Positions 26,221-47,572 of a stretch of DNA of 64,000 bases are shown one piece after another. The stretch covers positions 261,324 to 325,323 of the forward strand of contig JAWQFM010000019.1 of NCBI GenBank assembly GCA_033442325.1, read 5' to 3'. How positions within the stretch are numbered: the first letter of the stretch is position 1; each line of letters opens with the position of its first letter. Source of the stretch: Salpingoeca rosetta. Taxonomy: Eukaryota; Protista; Choanoflagellata. A model generated the notes under the pieces. That model worked only from the letters and a program-made list of their open reading frames with translations, searched no databases and was not told where the DNA came from. The position numbers and the translations under genes were made by a program.

Positions 26221-26677
26221 CGGCAGAAGTGATGACATGTGCGACAGTGCTGGTGTGAGGGACCCGGGAACCATTGTGTTCGATTGCTGCCACCGAGACC
26301 GCAGGTCACTTTCAAATTCCTGAACCCGCTTCTCCTGACGTGGCTGGATCCGTTTGCATCGAGCAATGTCATGTCTCTCGGTGCGTCCATAATTGGTCCT
26401 GCCGCCGAGCATGAGCTTTTGCTCGGCTATTGTCGATGCATGTGGGCGGGTGTGATGTCGGTTTGTTGCATGTGTTCAGAGTCAATGATGTATTGTAAAC
26501 GCAACAGCACACAGGCCACCAACAACGGCGTGGCGGCAAGTACAATTCAACAGGGTGATGGTGAGAAGAACGAATCGATAAAGTCAACATAGTCTAGTGG
26601 TGGGACGACATGGTGTTGGAAACAGGCCACTCAATCAGGTGGTCAGTGAAGCAACAGGGGTGTGTGACAAGTCATGT

Positions 26678-28168
26678 TCAGCCAAAGAGCCAAGAATACC
26701 ACCCCGAGCGTGGCGGGGCAAACATGGAAGCAAGGCGGTCCATGACATTGCGGTGGGAGAGGCTCACTTCCTTGATGGCACCGTTGCCGGCGTCGTACAG
26801 CACGCCTCCTCGAATCAGAATCTCCACACCCTCTAATGCCTCACGGCTGAAAGTGTCTGCAACGCGGGGAGGTATCTCAAACTGCCCGTCTTCACCTTGC
26901 ACGGCGTGTGCACGCCACGCTTTGATTGCCTGCCACACGGCAGCCTCCTGTCCCAGTTGGCGCACTGTTGTCTGTATCTCAACAAAGTCTTTGTGGGCAG
27001 TAATGTCTGCAACGTCTTTGATGATCCTCTTCACGTCCGTGCCCTTTGGCAGGTCTTTGATCGCGTCGCACGCTTCACGAACGTGGTACACCAGGCGCCC
27101 GGCGTTATTGATCACCGCGGTTGTGATGTCGTCAATCTCCTCCTGGTCACGGTTGCCGCCGCAGAATGCCTCCACATACTTGCGCACGTCGGCTTTCGAC
27201 AACCAGCCGACGACCACCTCCCCGTCGTGCCTGTGTGGGAAGTAGCGGCTGATGTTGGGGTCGCTGCTGACGATCACAGGCTGCAGGATGTTGTTCTTGG
27301 CGTAGCCAGCGAGGGTGTTGGCGACGGTGCGGAACGCTTTGTTCAGGCTGCGTGTGTCTTCTGCTGTCTCGGCAGTCTCAAAGTCGTCGAGAAGAACGAT
27401 GCACTTTTTGCTCTCAGCCTTGCACATGCGCGCCTGCTCCTGCAGGATGTCCAGCACGCGTCTGAGGCGGTGTTCGTCGTTGAGTGGGCGCGTGGTGAGG
27501 GTGGCAGAAGTAGTCTCTGGGGGAAAGAGTTTCTCTATGAGAAGCGAGCGCGCATCGCTGTCATGCCACTTGATACCCATGGCGTTCTCCAGGTCGTCCG
27601 CCAGCTCAGAAACCGAGGTGATGTTGTTCGCCTTGACCCACACGACGTGTAGCTTGTCGGGGTCACAGGCGTCAAGGGCAAACCGGGTGGTCCAGCTCTT
27701 GCCGGCGTTCTTTGGGCCGCGGACGACAATAGCCTTCATGAACTTGGGGTCGTCCAGCTTTCTCTTGAGCTCGTCCACCACGGGCTTGTGCACGGTGACG
27801 TCGATCGTGCTTTCGCGGTTGCCTTTCGCGTCAGCTTTGACGTCGTCCAGGGAGTTGTCGAAGGCGACAATGGGCTTGCTCCCCTTGATCATCCTGTCCA
27901 GGCCCCACACGCCAAGGCATCCAGTCAGCACAACACCAGCAACCTTAAGGATGGAGGTGATCGCCCATGCTCCGAACGCATTCGTGTTCTGCTGCCAAAA
28001 TTTCCAGACAGGGACTGCCTTGCTGTCGAGAAGGACGGTGCCAACCACGTGCAGGGGTGCATCTTGGCTGCTGCCTGCGATTGGACGTGGCGGTAATGGC
28101 GCTGAGGTGGTGCTGAGGAATCGTGACGGCGCACGGCGCAGCGAAAAACGCACAACACGGCTCGCCAT
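26678..28168 (-). CDS. Intronless P-loop NTPase (AAA_16/archaeal-ATPase/STAND-like) with presequence and one TM helix, 496 aa
   Basis: MASRVVRFSLRRAPSRFLST presequence; TM AITSILKVAGVVLTGCLGVWGL; Walker A GPKNAGKS (~27695-27718); Walker B IVLLDDFE; sensor strand PVIVSSD; helical C-terminus. Confidence 0.85.
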   Translation of the reverse strand: MASRVVRFSLRRAPSRFLSTTSAPLPPRPIAGSSQDAPLHVVGTVLLDSKAVPVWKFWQQNTNAFGAWAITSILKVAGVVLTGCLGVWGLDRMIKGSKPIVAFDNSLDDVKADAKGNRESTIDVTVHKPVVDELKRKLDDPKFMKAIVVRGPKNAGKSWTTRFALDACDPDKLHVVWVKANNITSVSELADDLENAMGIKWHDSDARSLLIEKLFPPETTSATLTTRPLNDEHRLRRVLDILQEQARMCKAESKKCIVLLDDFETAETAEDTRSLNKAFRTVANTLAGYAKNNILQPVIVSSDPNISRYFPHRHDGEVVVGWLSKADVRKYVEAFCGGNRDQEEIDDITTAVINNAGRLVYHVREACDAIKDLPKGTDVKRIIKDVADITAHKDFVEIQTTVRQLGQEAAVWQAIKAWRAHAVQGEDGQFEIPPRVADTFSREALEGVEILIRGGVLYDAGNGAIKEVSLSHRNVMDRLASMFAPPRSGWYSWLFG

Positions 28169-28490
28169 CGCACGAGTTGACTGCTGTTCTTGTTGGACAC
28201 GCTCCGCAGGTCGCGCTGGTGGTGTTCGTGATTGGTTGAGAAAGTGTGTCGACTGTTGTATGCATGTCAAACAAACTGAATTCAGTCAGAGTGCAATCCC
28301 TCAGTCATCAGACAGCAGTGGCTGCTGAGACCGGCAGCGAGAAGCGCGACCAAAACCTCGCCATTTCTGACCATGCGCAAACGGCGACCTAACAGGGAAG
28401 CTAGAGTGCCACAACAGCCGATGCTGCAGACGGGAGGACGGGGAACACGGCGGTATGTGTGCGAAAAGGCCAATCTCATCGGTAGTGTTT

Positions 28491-28649
28491 GACACACAAG
28501 GGAGGTTCGGGACGCCTGAGTAAAGTCTGCGCGATGGCAGATGGACAATGACAGGAAAGCCACGGCATTGAAGCAGCTGCAAGGCCACATTTGGAAGGAC
28601 GCGTATGAAAGCGGCGCCGTCAAGGGCCAGTGAGTCGAGTGGACGTGTT

Positions 28650-28701
<52 letters not shown>

Positions 28702-29437
28702 TGCCTCTGTGTGTTGTGTTTAAATGTGCGTCTGTGCACAAGTGTGTGTGTGCTTGCCTCTGTGTGTTGTGCGTAAATGTGCGCCTGTGCACAAGTGTGT
28801 GTGTGTGTTGTGCACATTGCTTGTTCTCTTCCAACCGCCTCGTCCCATGCACTCACTTTTGCCTGCACCCATGCTCACCCACGCACACCAGCGTGTACGA
28901 CGATGTGCGCCCTGCCATGGAGCGGTGGGTGGCAGATGGCATCCAGGTTCGGATTTACTCGAGTGGCAGCGTTGCCGCTCAGAAGCTCCTCTTCAAGCAC
29001 AGTGAAAACGGCGACATGACAAAGGTGCGCGCATGTGCGTGTGTGTGTGTGCGTGCGTAACTGTGCCTGGTAGTTGTTTCGAGCCCTCTTCTCGCTTACG
29101 TATATGTTGCCTGGTGGTTGTTTCGAGCCCTCTTCTCGCTTACGTATATGTTGCCTGGCAGTTGTTTCGAGCCCTGTTGGCCCCTTTGTCTCCCCACCTT
29201 CTTCACGTCGCAACTGCTTGTCTCCTGTGCGTTTTCTGATGGCAGCTGCTGAGCGGCCACTATGACACACGGATTGGCGGGAAAATGGAGGCCGCGAGCT
29301 ATCGTCGCATCGCGGAGGAAGCAATGACGAAACCAAACTCAATCCTCTTCCTCTCGGACCGCATTGAAGGTGTGGGCAGAGCAAGGGGCAGCCAATCGCT
29401 TGAATGCATTGCTTTGTGTTAGCCCCCCTTTCTCTGC

Positions 29438-29473
<36 letters not shown>

Positions 29474-29545
29474 TGCTGCCACCCCCCCCTTTTCGACTGA
29501 CTGACTCCACCCACCCACTCACTCGCACCGCACACACACACACAC

Positions 29546-29620
<75 letters not shown>

Positions 29621-29919
29621 GCACCGCACATCCACACCGCGCATCCCCAATGCACACCGCTCACGCCGCTCCGTCCCTTCCACGATCAGAGTGCGAGGCA
29701 GCGCGTGCGGCGGGGTTGATGGTTGTCGTGTCAATACGCCCAGGCAACGCGGACATTCCATCCGATCGGCTAAACGCGTTTGAAAGCATCACTTCGTTTG
29801 ATCAGCTTGTGTTGACGCCTGTGGACGGGGAACCGACCACCAAGACGGCAAAGACTGCGGCTGACGATCACGGCAGCACGGCCGATGCAGGGGCGAAGGG
29901 AAGCAGTGACACTGCATAG
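28491..29919 (+). pseudogene. 5'-truncated duplicate of ENOPH1
   Basis: Lacks the exons encoding DIEGTT. TGT (22328-22330) is TGA at 28517-28519. Retains the last exon ECEAARAAGLMVVVSIRPGNA..ITSFDQL (29690-29919). Confidence 0.8.
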
Positions 29920-30560
29920 CGCAAGCCAATAAGACACAGGATTCATAGTCAATGTTAATGTGCACACGTGGTGTGTGTTTGTGTGCGTGTTGTGTGTCGC
30001 ATGTGTATTTGTGTGCGTGTTGTGTGTCGCTTTCGTGTTTGTGTGTCGCATGCGTGTTTGTGTGCGTGTTGTGTGTGTGTTGTATGCTGTGTATGTTCTC
30101 AATAGCAACTCGCCACATCATGGCTTACTTGACAGCGTGATTTTTATTTGTTGGCTGGTGGAAAGAACCACAGGGCGATACTGACGATGATGAATGAACT
30201 CACAAACAACACTATGCGAGCACAACATGTGTGTGTGTATGTGTGTGTGTGTGTGTGTGTAGCTAGCAACACAGGGCGTGAAGTGGTGAAGGGAATGGGG
30301 AAACAGCAGTGGAGGTGGAGGTGGAGGTGGACGTGTGTGTGCATGGAACAATCAAACCAACATACGAGGGAGCGCAGCTGCAACACACTTCACACCACAT
30401 GCAACTGTTGTCGAGACACACACACATACAGACGTGCGTGTGTATGTGTACGTGCATGTGTTGTGCATGGATGGCGAATCAATTCATTCGTGTGTTCGTA
30501 CGTGCGTGTGTTCGTACGTGCGTGAGTGTGTGAGTGCGTGTTGTTATTGGGGCGATTTGC

Positions 30561-35535
<4,975 letters not shown>

Positions 35536-35708
35536 GATGATGGTTGGCAGTGGTGGGTCGTCTGCTTCGTTGGCTGATGGCTGCTGGCCGCGACAACAAC
35601 AAAAAGAAGGAAAAGCAAAAAATAAAATTGTGATGGTTTTGCGACACCACAAAGCGCATTGTCGACCAAACGCGTTTGCGCGCGCAGCTTTTTTGCGCAG
35701 TGGGTGAT
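35536..35708. promoter_or_regulatory. Putative bidirectional promoter (ArfGAP / RMI1) with E2F-like TTTGCGCGC
   Basis: Divergent ATGs 173 bp apart; contains cgcgtttgcgcgcgc and tttttgcgc. Confidence 0.5.
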
Positions 35709-35927
35709 ATGGCTGTTGTGAGTGGCGCGGCAGTGGCGCATGCACTGGCACGCAAGCACAACGTACACGTGTCCGTGGCCTTTGCAGCCGCCAACACACA
35801 GCATGTGAGTCCACTTGGGGAGAGGGTGTGCTTGTGTGGTTGAATGTGGTGTGTTTGATGTGACGCTGTGAGTGATGCATGGAACAGCTTGTACAGCGAC
35901 GTGCGAGTTAGAATGACTCATGCTCAC

Positions 35928-35986
<59 letters not shown>

Positions 35987-38513
35987 ACACCAACCACATC
36001 AACCACTGCACTGCAGGCGTCGTCGGTGGATGCTGCCGTGGAAGCAGTGTATGAGTCGTGGCTGAGGTCGGATATCCACGGCACCGTGGATGCGGGTTCC
36101 TTGCACGCAGCTGCAACGCTTCCAACCTTGCCGGAAACGGGCAAATCGGCGCTTCCGCACGACTTTACCTTGCAGGTCAGTGGGTGCGCGCGCGCTTTTT
36201 GTTCATGTGCTCCAGTTTTGTTTCAGCCTTCCACCCAAATACACACACACACAGACACACACACACACACAGACACACACACACACACACACAGACACAC
36301 ACACACACACACACACACGAGCTGACTTTCCCTCTTGTCCTTGCGATCATCATGGCACTTGTGTCCCCCCCCCTCACACACACACACGCAGGTGGACTCC
36401 ATTCTGGACGTTGGGGAGAGCGCATATTCACAGCTGTCCGAGTGCCGCAAGCGTGCCGGGTTTGCGTCGCGTGGCGCAGACACCGCACTGCCAGGAGATC
36501 AGCAGGATGAGGACGACGGCGCCATGGGTGCGTCGCAAGCGACACAAGCAGCGACACAAGCAGCAACACAAGCAGCGACGCAGCGCCGGCGCACGGGAAA
36601 GCAGCTGCTGAAGATTAAGCTAACCAACGGCGTGCAGTCGATCGTTGGCATGGAGCTGAAGCCCTTGCCCTTTCTGCACAGGGAAGCGACACCTGGCACC
36701 AAGGTGCTCGTCAAGCGGGGCACGCGCAGCATGCGCGGGCTGCTCCTGCTCACACCAGACACGTGCCGGCTGCTGGGGGGCGGGGTGCCGGCGCTCATCC
36801 CAGAGAAGGGGCACGCAGCCATCCTGCACAAGTGCTTTGGTCTCGATCCAGCCACAGGCGCCGCCATGGAGGAGGCCGACAACAGCAATGACGACGGCGA
36901 CGGCGACGGTGGCGGTACTGCTGCTCCAGCACCACCTCCACAACATCAGCAACAACAAGAGCAACAACAGCAGCAACAGCCACGGACTTCAATGTCAAAG
37001 CGATCAAAGCGAACACCCTCACCTTCCAAGCGACGAAAGGCCGCCAGCAAGACAACAACAGCAGCGTCGTCGACCACATCATCCCGTGCAGCGGCACGCC
37101 GACGACCGTCCCTCAAGCGCAACACCACCAGTACAACCAGCGCGGACAGTACAACTAGCGCAGCGAGGGCACGAACGACGCCAAGGACGATGGTGGGGAC
37201 GCCAAACACAACGCTGAGCACGAGCATGAGCAGCACGGACGTGTCTGTGGTTGAGATTGATGACGACGATGACGACGACGACTTTGAGGCGGCGCTTGTT
37301 GGGAATCTGGAGGCGTTTGAGCAGATGAAGGGCGAGGAGCAACACGACAGCAGAGGGGCAGGGCGGAATGGCGGTAAGGGTGACGCAATGAAGAAGACAC
37401 GTGCGCCGCCACCGCAACATGCAACAGCGGCAGCATCGACAGCGCCAAGAACAGCTGCTGCTGCAGTAGCACCTGCGATGAGAACGGGGAGCGAGGGGAA
37501 GAAAAGGGCCGGCAGCGCGAAGCGTGAAGTGAAACGTGAAGCGTCGATGACGAAACAGGAGGCTGCACCAGCTGCGCAGAGAACAACCACAGGTGCTGGT
37601 GATCAACAGTGGATCAAGGTACGTCGGTATCTGTGAAGTGTGTATGTGTGTGAGTTTATGTGTGTGTGTGCGTGTGTGTGTGTGTGCGTGCGTGCGTGTG
37701 TGTGTGTGCGTGCGTGCGTGTGTGTGCGTGCGTGCGTGTGTGTGTGCTGTGTGTGTGTGTGTGTGTGCGTGTGTGTGTGTGAACGCGAGTGGGTATCCAA
37801 GCTTGCTGCGCTCTCTGACCACAGGCGTGCTCACGACCACGAATTCTCAACCATCCATCAGGGGGAGGTGACGACGTTTGGCGAAGGACTGAAGATCAAA
37901 GACGGGCAGTGGACCCTCGTTGTCTCCGTTCGTCCAGAGAGCGGCAATTCGTTTGTGGCGCCCGTCGCAACAGAGGTGTGTGTTTGTGTTTGTGTTTGTG
38001 TTTGTGTTTGTGTTTGTGTTTGTGTGTGTGTGTGTTTGTGTTTGTATTGTGTGTGTGTTGACAACCTTTGTCCTCCTCATCAACTGCTGGTCGCGCTCGC
38101 TTGTTCCATTCAGTTTCTGGAGCGCTCCATCGGACTCGATGTCCGGCAGTTTAAGGTCAGCACTCACTGGTGGCGCAATGACATTGCGTACGTGTGTCTC
38201 TCTGTGCCGATGGCCTTTCCCTACATCCACTACACTTACACGCGCATGTACGCCTACGAGCCATCACCAACAACTAACCGTCATAACCCACAACTCACCG
38301 TCATCACCACCAAATCACTGCATTGTCAGGCCAAACGAAAGGAATCCAAGAGCAACCCGGCCCTCCGATCCGCGCTGCTTGAGGTCTGCTGCAATTGCTT
38401 GCAGGCGTCCATCCACCCATGACGCTGACACTGATGCGGGATGCTGCTGCAGTTCATCTTGCTTGTCGTGCTTGTTCCTTTGGCTGTCACGAACAACGCC
38501 TTTGTATTCATCA

Positions 38514-38550
<37 letters not shown>

Positions 38551-38652
38551 CGGCTGTCGAAGGTTGAGCGGGCGATGATGTCCAAGACGTCATCGTTCCG
38601 CATTGCATCACGCGCTGATGGTTCACACATTGTCATCGACCACGCCCCTTAG
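35709..38652 (+). CDS. RMI1: RecQ-mediated genome instability protein 1
   Basis: [10 protein letters not shown]; [17 protein letters not shown]; [29 protein letters not shown]...[18 protein letters not shown] (OB fold 1); low-complexity linker; C-terminal OB exons [19 protein letters not shown] and [10 protein letters not shown]. Confidence 0.88.
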
Positions 38653-39162
38653 CAGCAGCACAACGCAACATGCCTCCTCCTGCTGCTCCTGCTGTTGTTG
38701 ATGTCCACATTGTTTAATCGACCTGATGAACGTTGCACGTCGACTGCATTCGCACTACGTTATTCTGTGTGTATTTTTTTTTTTGCGCCACCGCGGCCCT
38801 GTATTGCCTCGGATCCCACCTTCGCGTGCACACACGCTTGCTTGAGCTGCTGCTTGCTGTTACTTTCATGTATTGCGAGCACGACTGCACTCGTCGCGCG
38901 CATACAGTACGAACATCACAGAGGAAGCACAACTGCCAGGCCAACAACGCAGCAGGAACACACACGACACACACACACACACACACAAGCAAAGCTGCAA
39001 GCACGAATACGCGCATACACATGTGCACAACAACCAATCTCATCATCATCATAACATGCAGTTGCCCACACACTTGTCGCCTGAGTATCAACTCACCAGT
39101 AAAACACAATCGCACCACGATTCTCAACATCAAACCCAGCCCACTCGCGTGTGTATGGCAGG

Positions 39163-43419
<4,257 letters not shown>

Positions 43420-44013
43420 GGTTGACCAGTCAATCCCAAAGCACACCAAACAAGGTCGAGCTCACAAACAAATCAGCACGCCAACCGCGTCGCTCACACA
43501 CACACTCTCTCACGCAAACCGCCCTTTGTTTGCTTCACTTGCTTGCTTTGACTATTCTGCGTCTGCTTTCCTCGCAGCCACCTGAGCAGCTTCACCAAAC
43601 TGATGAGATGCTGGCTGGCTGCTACCGCTTCAATGCTGCTACAATGCTGCCGGCTGGTTGGCTGTTGCAGCTCGATGATGCTGCTGATGATGCCCACCAC
43701 CACACGCTCAAACAACCAACGAAACAACGGTCTTTGTGTTTGGTTGTCGTCTTCGTTGTCTTCTTGCTTTGCGCAGAATAAAAAAAATTCTGCGGTGCGA
43801 TTTCAGGGGTGTGGCGGATATGTGCGCTTGCGCAAACAATGCGCACTTTGCAGCGCCATCTTGTGCGAATCGTAGCATCCCCACATTCTCTCCTTTGCGG
43901 CGCAATTTTGTTTTGGAGGCGTGAGTGCGGAGGACACAGACTTGATGCGGACGATGGCTGGTGCTGGTGTTGATGGTGCTGCGACTGGACGTGCGAACAA
44001 CACAGCAACAAGG

Positions 44014-45719
44014 ATGAGCATGATGAGGATACTGGCCGTACTTGGGGTGATGCTGCTGGCTGCCACGGAAGCGCAGGCAACCGATGCTGGCTTGGGCGTG
44101 CTGGACGCTGGAGACGCTGCTGAAGCAGCAGCAGCAGCAGCGTCATCAGTCTCAACACCGGCGGACGACACGCCAAACGGGGACGGCCACCTCTGCTACC
44201 GCGGATATGCGCCCTTCAACGACAAGACATGCATGTCCCTGGACCTGCAGCTGCTCATCGGCACGCCGGAGGAGTGCGCAGCCCACTGCGTTCGCCAGGG
44301 GCCCAAGTGCTTCGCCTGGACGTTCAGCAACACCACCCTGCCCAACGGAGACATCATTCCCGCGTGCAAGACCGGGTACTGCCAGACGGTGCCCGGCGAG
44401 ACGGAGCACGTGAGCGTGGGCTGCATGCGCGCGGTTCCGGAGGAGATGCGCGTGAGAGAGCGGTCCATGCTGCTGCCCATCGACTCGCACCGCCACGTCG
44501 TGTCTGTCACGGTGGACTCGCAGCTGGCGCTGGCCGTCATCAACGATTCGGCCATCAGCACCTTCCTCTTCAACAGCACGGGGTTCACCTTCCAGGCGGA
44601 CATCAACACAACCGCGTTTGCACCAGAGGACTTTCCAATGGACACGGCCGCCGTGAGCCTCGGTGATGACCGTGTTGCCATCATTGGTGGCGCCTTCAGG
44701 CCATCCAGCACCACGCGCCCACCCACCACCACAACCACCACAACCACTGCAAACCGCACCACCACAGTCACCACAACCACCACCACAACCACAACCACCG
44801 CAAACATCACAACCACAACCACAACTACCACCACAACTACCACCACAACAACAACGACAACAACATCGACAACAACAACAACAACCACCACAAACACTAC
44901 AACCACCACCACCACCAAGTCAACACCAACCACCAAGGCCGACCGCAACCGCCGCAGTGCCATGTTGGGCGAGCACTCCAAGCCAGCGGCACTGCCCTCC
45001 GTATGGGACGGCGTTGACGCGGCGTATGAGGAGCGTCGCATTGGGCCCATCGCCAGCATGCTCGTGTACTTCTTCCGCAACGACACATGGCTGACGGTGA
45101 CGCCGCCATCCCTGCCGGCACTTGCTGGCCACGCCGCCGTGCGTGCAAGCAACGGCTCCCTGTTCATTGGGTTTGGGCGCAGCAACACCACCGCCACAGA
45201 GCGTTGCTTCTGGGAGAGCCGTGACGACGGGTGGACGTGGGCCCCAATCCACTGCCCGGTCGGCGCGCACGACTGGCCGCTCGACTCTGCTGCCGTCGTT
45301 GCCCTGGGGAACCACCTGCTCGTCGTGGGCGGCAGGCTCCAAGACGGATCAGCCAGCGACAGGGTGCGCTGTTTGTGTGGTTTGGTGTGTGTGGTAGTGT
45401 GTATGAATGAGTGAGTGTGACATGATGTGCATGTGTGTTGTATATGTTGTGTCGTATTATGTTGTGTCGTGTTGTGCTTTGTTCCTGCGTGTACATGCGT
45501 TGCCCTCATCCCATCCCATCTCATCCCACATCGTGTTACCCCCCCCCTTCTTGCGCATGGCCTTTGATGCTGCTGCACAGATCTGGCTACGTGACTCGAA
45601 TGACGGCACATGGGGCATCGTGGGGTGAGTTGCCTCAGCCATGCCACACACTCCTGTTGCCTCAGCCACGCCACACACTCCTGTTGCCTCAGCCACGCCA
45701 CACACTCCTGTTGCCTCAC

Positions 45720-45775
<56 letters not shown>

Positions 45776-46596
45776 ATCTCGTTTGTGTTCGTCCTGATCG
45801 CCGTCCACCCATCCTGTTGCTTTGTCAACTCTTCCCCGCCCTCACAACCACCCATTACCGCCCCCCCCCCCACCTCCCATGCACCACTCCACATCATCAT
45901 TCAATCGACACCGCCTGCGCAGGCTGCTCGTATCTGCTGCGCCGCGTCCGACTGCGCTGGCCCTCGACGCCTCGCTGGTGATGGTCTCCACGGGCCGATC
46001 GGCAGACGTCTTCCTCTACTCCATCACCAACAACGGCACCACCCTCGCACAGTACCCCGCTGGCTTCACCTCCTGGGCATCAGAGTAAGTCACACGTGTT
46101 GTGTTGTGTTGTGTGTGTGTGTGTGTGTGTGTGTGCGTGCGTGCGTGCGTGTGTGTGTGTTGTGTGTGTGTGTGTGCATGGCCCGCCCCAATTCTCTCCT
46201 TGTTACTGTTTCTTTCACCACCACCACCACCACCACCACCACCACCACCACCACCTTTTTCGTGTACTCACCACCACCATCTCCCATTCCCCCCTTCCCC
46301 CCACCCCATATCACAGGTCCACGGACGTGGCCGATGTCGCTGTCGGCACCGCCATTGTGACCGATGCAGACACGGCGTCTGCGTGGGTGTACACGATGGT
46401 GCATCCACCAAGCCCGCCGCACAAGCACCTCAAGCCCTGGGCTGCGCGCCACGCGTTTGCGGTGGTGATTGGCGTGTTCATCGTGGTGGCGAGCGTCATC
46501 GCCGTTGCCGCCTTCTTCATGCCGACACCAGACAAGTTGAAGAAGAAGAAGAAGACTAAGGAGGGGCACACGCCTCTCGTCAACAACTTTGAGTAG
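44014..46596 (+). CDS. Type I membrane protein: signal peptide, PAN/apple-like module, kelch-like repeats with Thr-rich mucin insert, TM helix, short tail
   Basis: MSMMRILAVLGVMLLAATEAQA; TPEECAAHC...KCFAWTF...ACK; RVAIIGG; LAGHAAV..LFIGFG; LGNHLLVVGG; TM AFAVVIGVFIVVASVIAVAAFFM; tail KLKKKKKTKEGHTPLVNNFE*. Exons ~44014-45363, 45581-45624, 45923-46025, 46317-46596. Confidence 0.78.
45629..45718. repeat. Intronic 27-bp minisatellite, ~3.3 copies, overlapping the splice donor
   Basis: Unit gttgcctcagccacgccacacactcct at 45629, 45656 and 45683, partial at 45710. Confidence 0.88.
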
Positions 46597-47572
46597 GCCG
46601 ACGCATGAGGATGGTGGTGACAACAGTGGCTGATGATTGATGATTGATGATTGATGATTGTTGGTGGCGGCAGTGGTTGTGGTGGTGGTGGCACTGCTGC
46701 TATTCCTGCTGCTGTTTCTCCTGCTGCTGCTGGTGGTGGTTGTAGATTTGTCTCTGTGCTGTTTGCTTCCTTCTCTTCCTACAACGTACGCATATCGTGC
46801 CACGACCTGCTTGCTTGCTTGTGCATGTTTCGTTATCTTCCCCCTTACCCTTTGACACTGCGGTCTTGATGCTTGATGTGCCTCTCTCGCTCTCTCGCTC
46901 TCTCGCTCTCTCGCTCTGTTGTGACCCTTGTGTTTTGTCTCTCGGCCTGTCGTGCTTGCATTCCATGTTTGATGTTTGGTTCACAACTCCTCCCCCGCTC
47001 GCTCTGCTTCTCCGCCTGTCCCTTGTTGCTCCGCCTCCGTTGTGGCTCCCTTGGGTCATGTGAGGTGGAGTCTTGAGTGGATGGATATGGAACGTGGTGG
47101 CCGCGGGGCTTTAGGTCAGGCTGCTTCATTTACACACTTCGTTTCACAGTGTCAGTCAACGGTCGTAACAGCTGGAAGAGGCGAAGGCGGAGGGTAGGGG
47201 GGGGGGAACACAGGAGACAGGGCAGAGGGCGCTACACAGGGAGACACTTGTCAGCCACTACGTCGTCATCCAAACACACACACAGACAGACAGACAGACA
47301 CACACACACAGAGCCGCACAGAGCCGCACAGAGCAGTGGAGGAGTGCGATGGCACAGCGCCAAGTGTAACAAGAGGGAATAGGCACGTAGAACAGGAAAG
47401 GAAGAGCAGGGCAACAGTAACTGTAAGGTTGCACGCGTGACAGTAACACGGTGGTTGGAGGAACGCACATAGCATCATACATGACACCATACACACACGA
47501 CACCACACACGGCATCATGCACGACATCATACATGGCAGCATGCGACATTGCACAGTGTCGTTGCAACGACG

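Noticed and set aside
26228-26340. Possible C/D box snoRNA (GTGATGA...CTGA)
   Set aside because: No terminal stem or recognisable rRNA guide; such boxes occur often by chance.
26897-28328. Long plus-strand ORFs overlapping the ATPase
   Set aside because: Antisense shadows of a GC3-rich coding sequence, with no motifs.
28517-28519. In-frame TGA replacing Cys as a selenocysteine codon
   Set aside because: It lies in a 5'-truncated duplicate lacking the catalytic exons; nonsense decay is the simpler explanation.
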